From: an uncultured Candidatus Saccharibacteria bacterium
Lineage (GTDB): Bacteria; Patescibacteriota; Andersenbacteria; UBA10190
Reading direction: 5' to 3'
Length of the DNA stretch: 45,264 nucleotides
Assembly (NCBI GenBank): GCA_964654145.1
Contig: CAZZHI010000003.1
Coordinates: 15,312 to 60,575 of the forward strand
The translations under genes and the position numbers were made by a program. The notes under the pieces were generated by a model. The model saw only the letters and a program-made list of their open reading frames with translations, was not told the origin of the DNA and did not search any database. Of the stretch, positions 45,011 to 45,264 are shown piece after piece; within the stretch, counting starts at the first letter, position 1, and each line of letters opens with the position of its first letter.

Positions 45011-45264
45011 AGAGCAAGATATTTTTTTGCCATTTCATATTCATAGTACGCCGAAAGAGCGCTCCATATAATACCCTGCGCACCATCTAGAATACCTTTC
45101 CTGTATATAAGAAGCTTGATAAATTGTCTGCATGCAAGCGTATATGGAAGGAGTGGCGACTTTTTTATGGGCCTACCAGAGCGGTGCAGAGAGCTTCGTT
45201 TCATGTCCTGAGCGTCAAGTGTGGTATAGCGGTGCATCTTTTTTAAATAAGATGCTATTGTTTG
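45007..45264 (-). CDS. GT2 glycosyltransferase, C-terminal fragment (KdtX/WaaE-like tail). The gene starts beyond the right window edge.
   Basis: The track lists 45007..45237, but the frame stays open to base 45264 by hand translation (..QTIASYLKKMHRYTTLDAQ..). The tail KKMHRYTTLDAQDM...FIKLLIYRKGILDGAQGIIWSALSAYYEYEMAKKYLAL matches the K.NRYT...A ... GFLDG..G ... Y.F.KY.KL ending of KdtX-type family-2 transferases. Confidence 0.6.
   Translation of the reverse strand, partial: QTIASYLKKMHRYTTLDAQDMKRSSLHRSGRPIKKSPLLPYTLACRQFIKLLIYRKGILDGAQGIIWSALSAYYEYEMAKKYLAL

Noticed and set aside
1-45264. Reading the locus as a classical O-antigen, capsule (Wzx/Wzy or ABC) or teichoic-acid gene cluster.
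   Set aside because: I recognise no Wzx, Wzy, Wzz/Wzc, Wza, KpsMT/TagGH, WecA/WbaP/TagO, TagB/F or nucleotidyltransferase in any frame. The dominance of GT-C enzymes is also atypical. Such genes could still lie outside the window, so the rejection is provisional.
1-45264. A search for tRNA, rRNA, CRISPR arrays, transposases or integrases, toxin-antitoxin pairs, defence systems or prophage genes.
   Set aside because: No non-coding stretch exceeds 81 bp. I saw no short direct-repeat arrays, and none of the 35 proteins shows nuclease, recombinase, ATPase or toxin motifs that I recognise. Nothing supports a mobile or defence element here.

Overview
This window looks bacterial and is moderately AT-rich. 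By my coordinate arithmetic it is about 98% coding. It holds 35 protein genes, two of them truncated by the window edges, arranged in 15 alternating strand blocks. I see no rRNA or tRNA genes, CRISPR arrays, IS elements or long nucleotide repeats. Nearly every gene concerns glycoconjugate assembly:
- 13 large polytopic membrane proteins with GT-C (ArnT/PMT/YfhO-like) features, totalling about 23.5 kb or roughly half the DNA, in at least five sequence groups.
- Two soluble Ppm1/DPM1-like GT2 enzymes, the usual makers of polyprenyl-phosphate-sugar donors.
- Six GT4, one GT9 and one KdtX-like GT2 cytoplasmic transferases.
- Four small class-I SAM methyltransferases with hydrophobic C-terminal tails.
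- Two zinc-ribbon NDP-hexose C-methyltransferase-like enzymes.
- Three SDR epimerase/dehydratases, one clearly UDP-glucuronate 4-epimerase-like.
- An AsnB-type amidotransferase.
- A pilin-like protein with no prepilin cleavage site.
- A DUF218/YdcF-like protein.

I could not recognise a Wzx/GtrA flippase, Wzy, Wzz, ABC exporter, initiating phosphoglycosyltransferase or nucleotidyltransferase. The locus therefore does not read as a classical O-antigen, capsule or teichoic-acid cluster.

The most interesting reading is a split-pathway surface glycosylation system that relies mainly on GT-C enzymes and appears uncharacterised. Its logic resembles actinobacterial PIM/LM/LAM synthesis or Pmt protein O-mannosylation. 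It has recurring sub-modules: methyltransferase plus GT39-like gene pairs, and a portable beta-rich outside domain.

Gene packing is extreme. There are seven ATGA stop/start overlaps and four convergent gene pairs with overlapping 3' ends. Operon-first genes carry TATACT-like -10 boxes only 6-11 nt from the start codon, which suggests leaderless mRNAs.

The lineage cannot be established from this window. The style is reminiscent of CPR/Patescibacteria or Chloroflexi-like genomes. All functional calls rest on motifs I recognise by eye; no database search was run.
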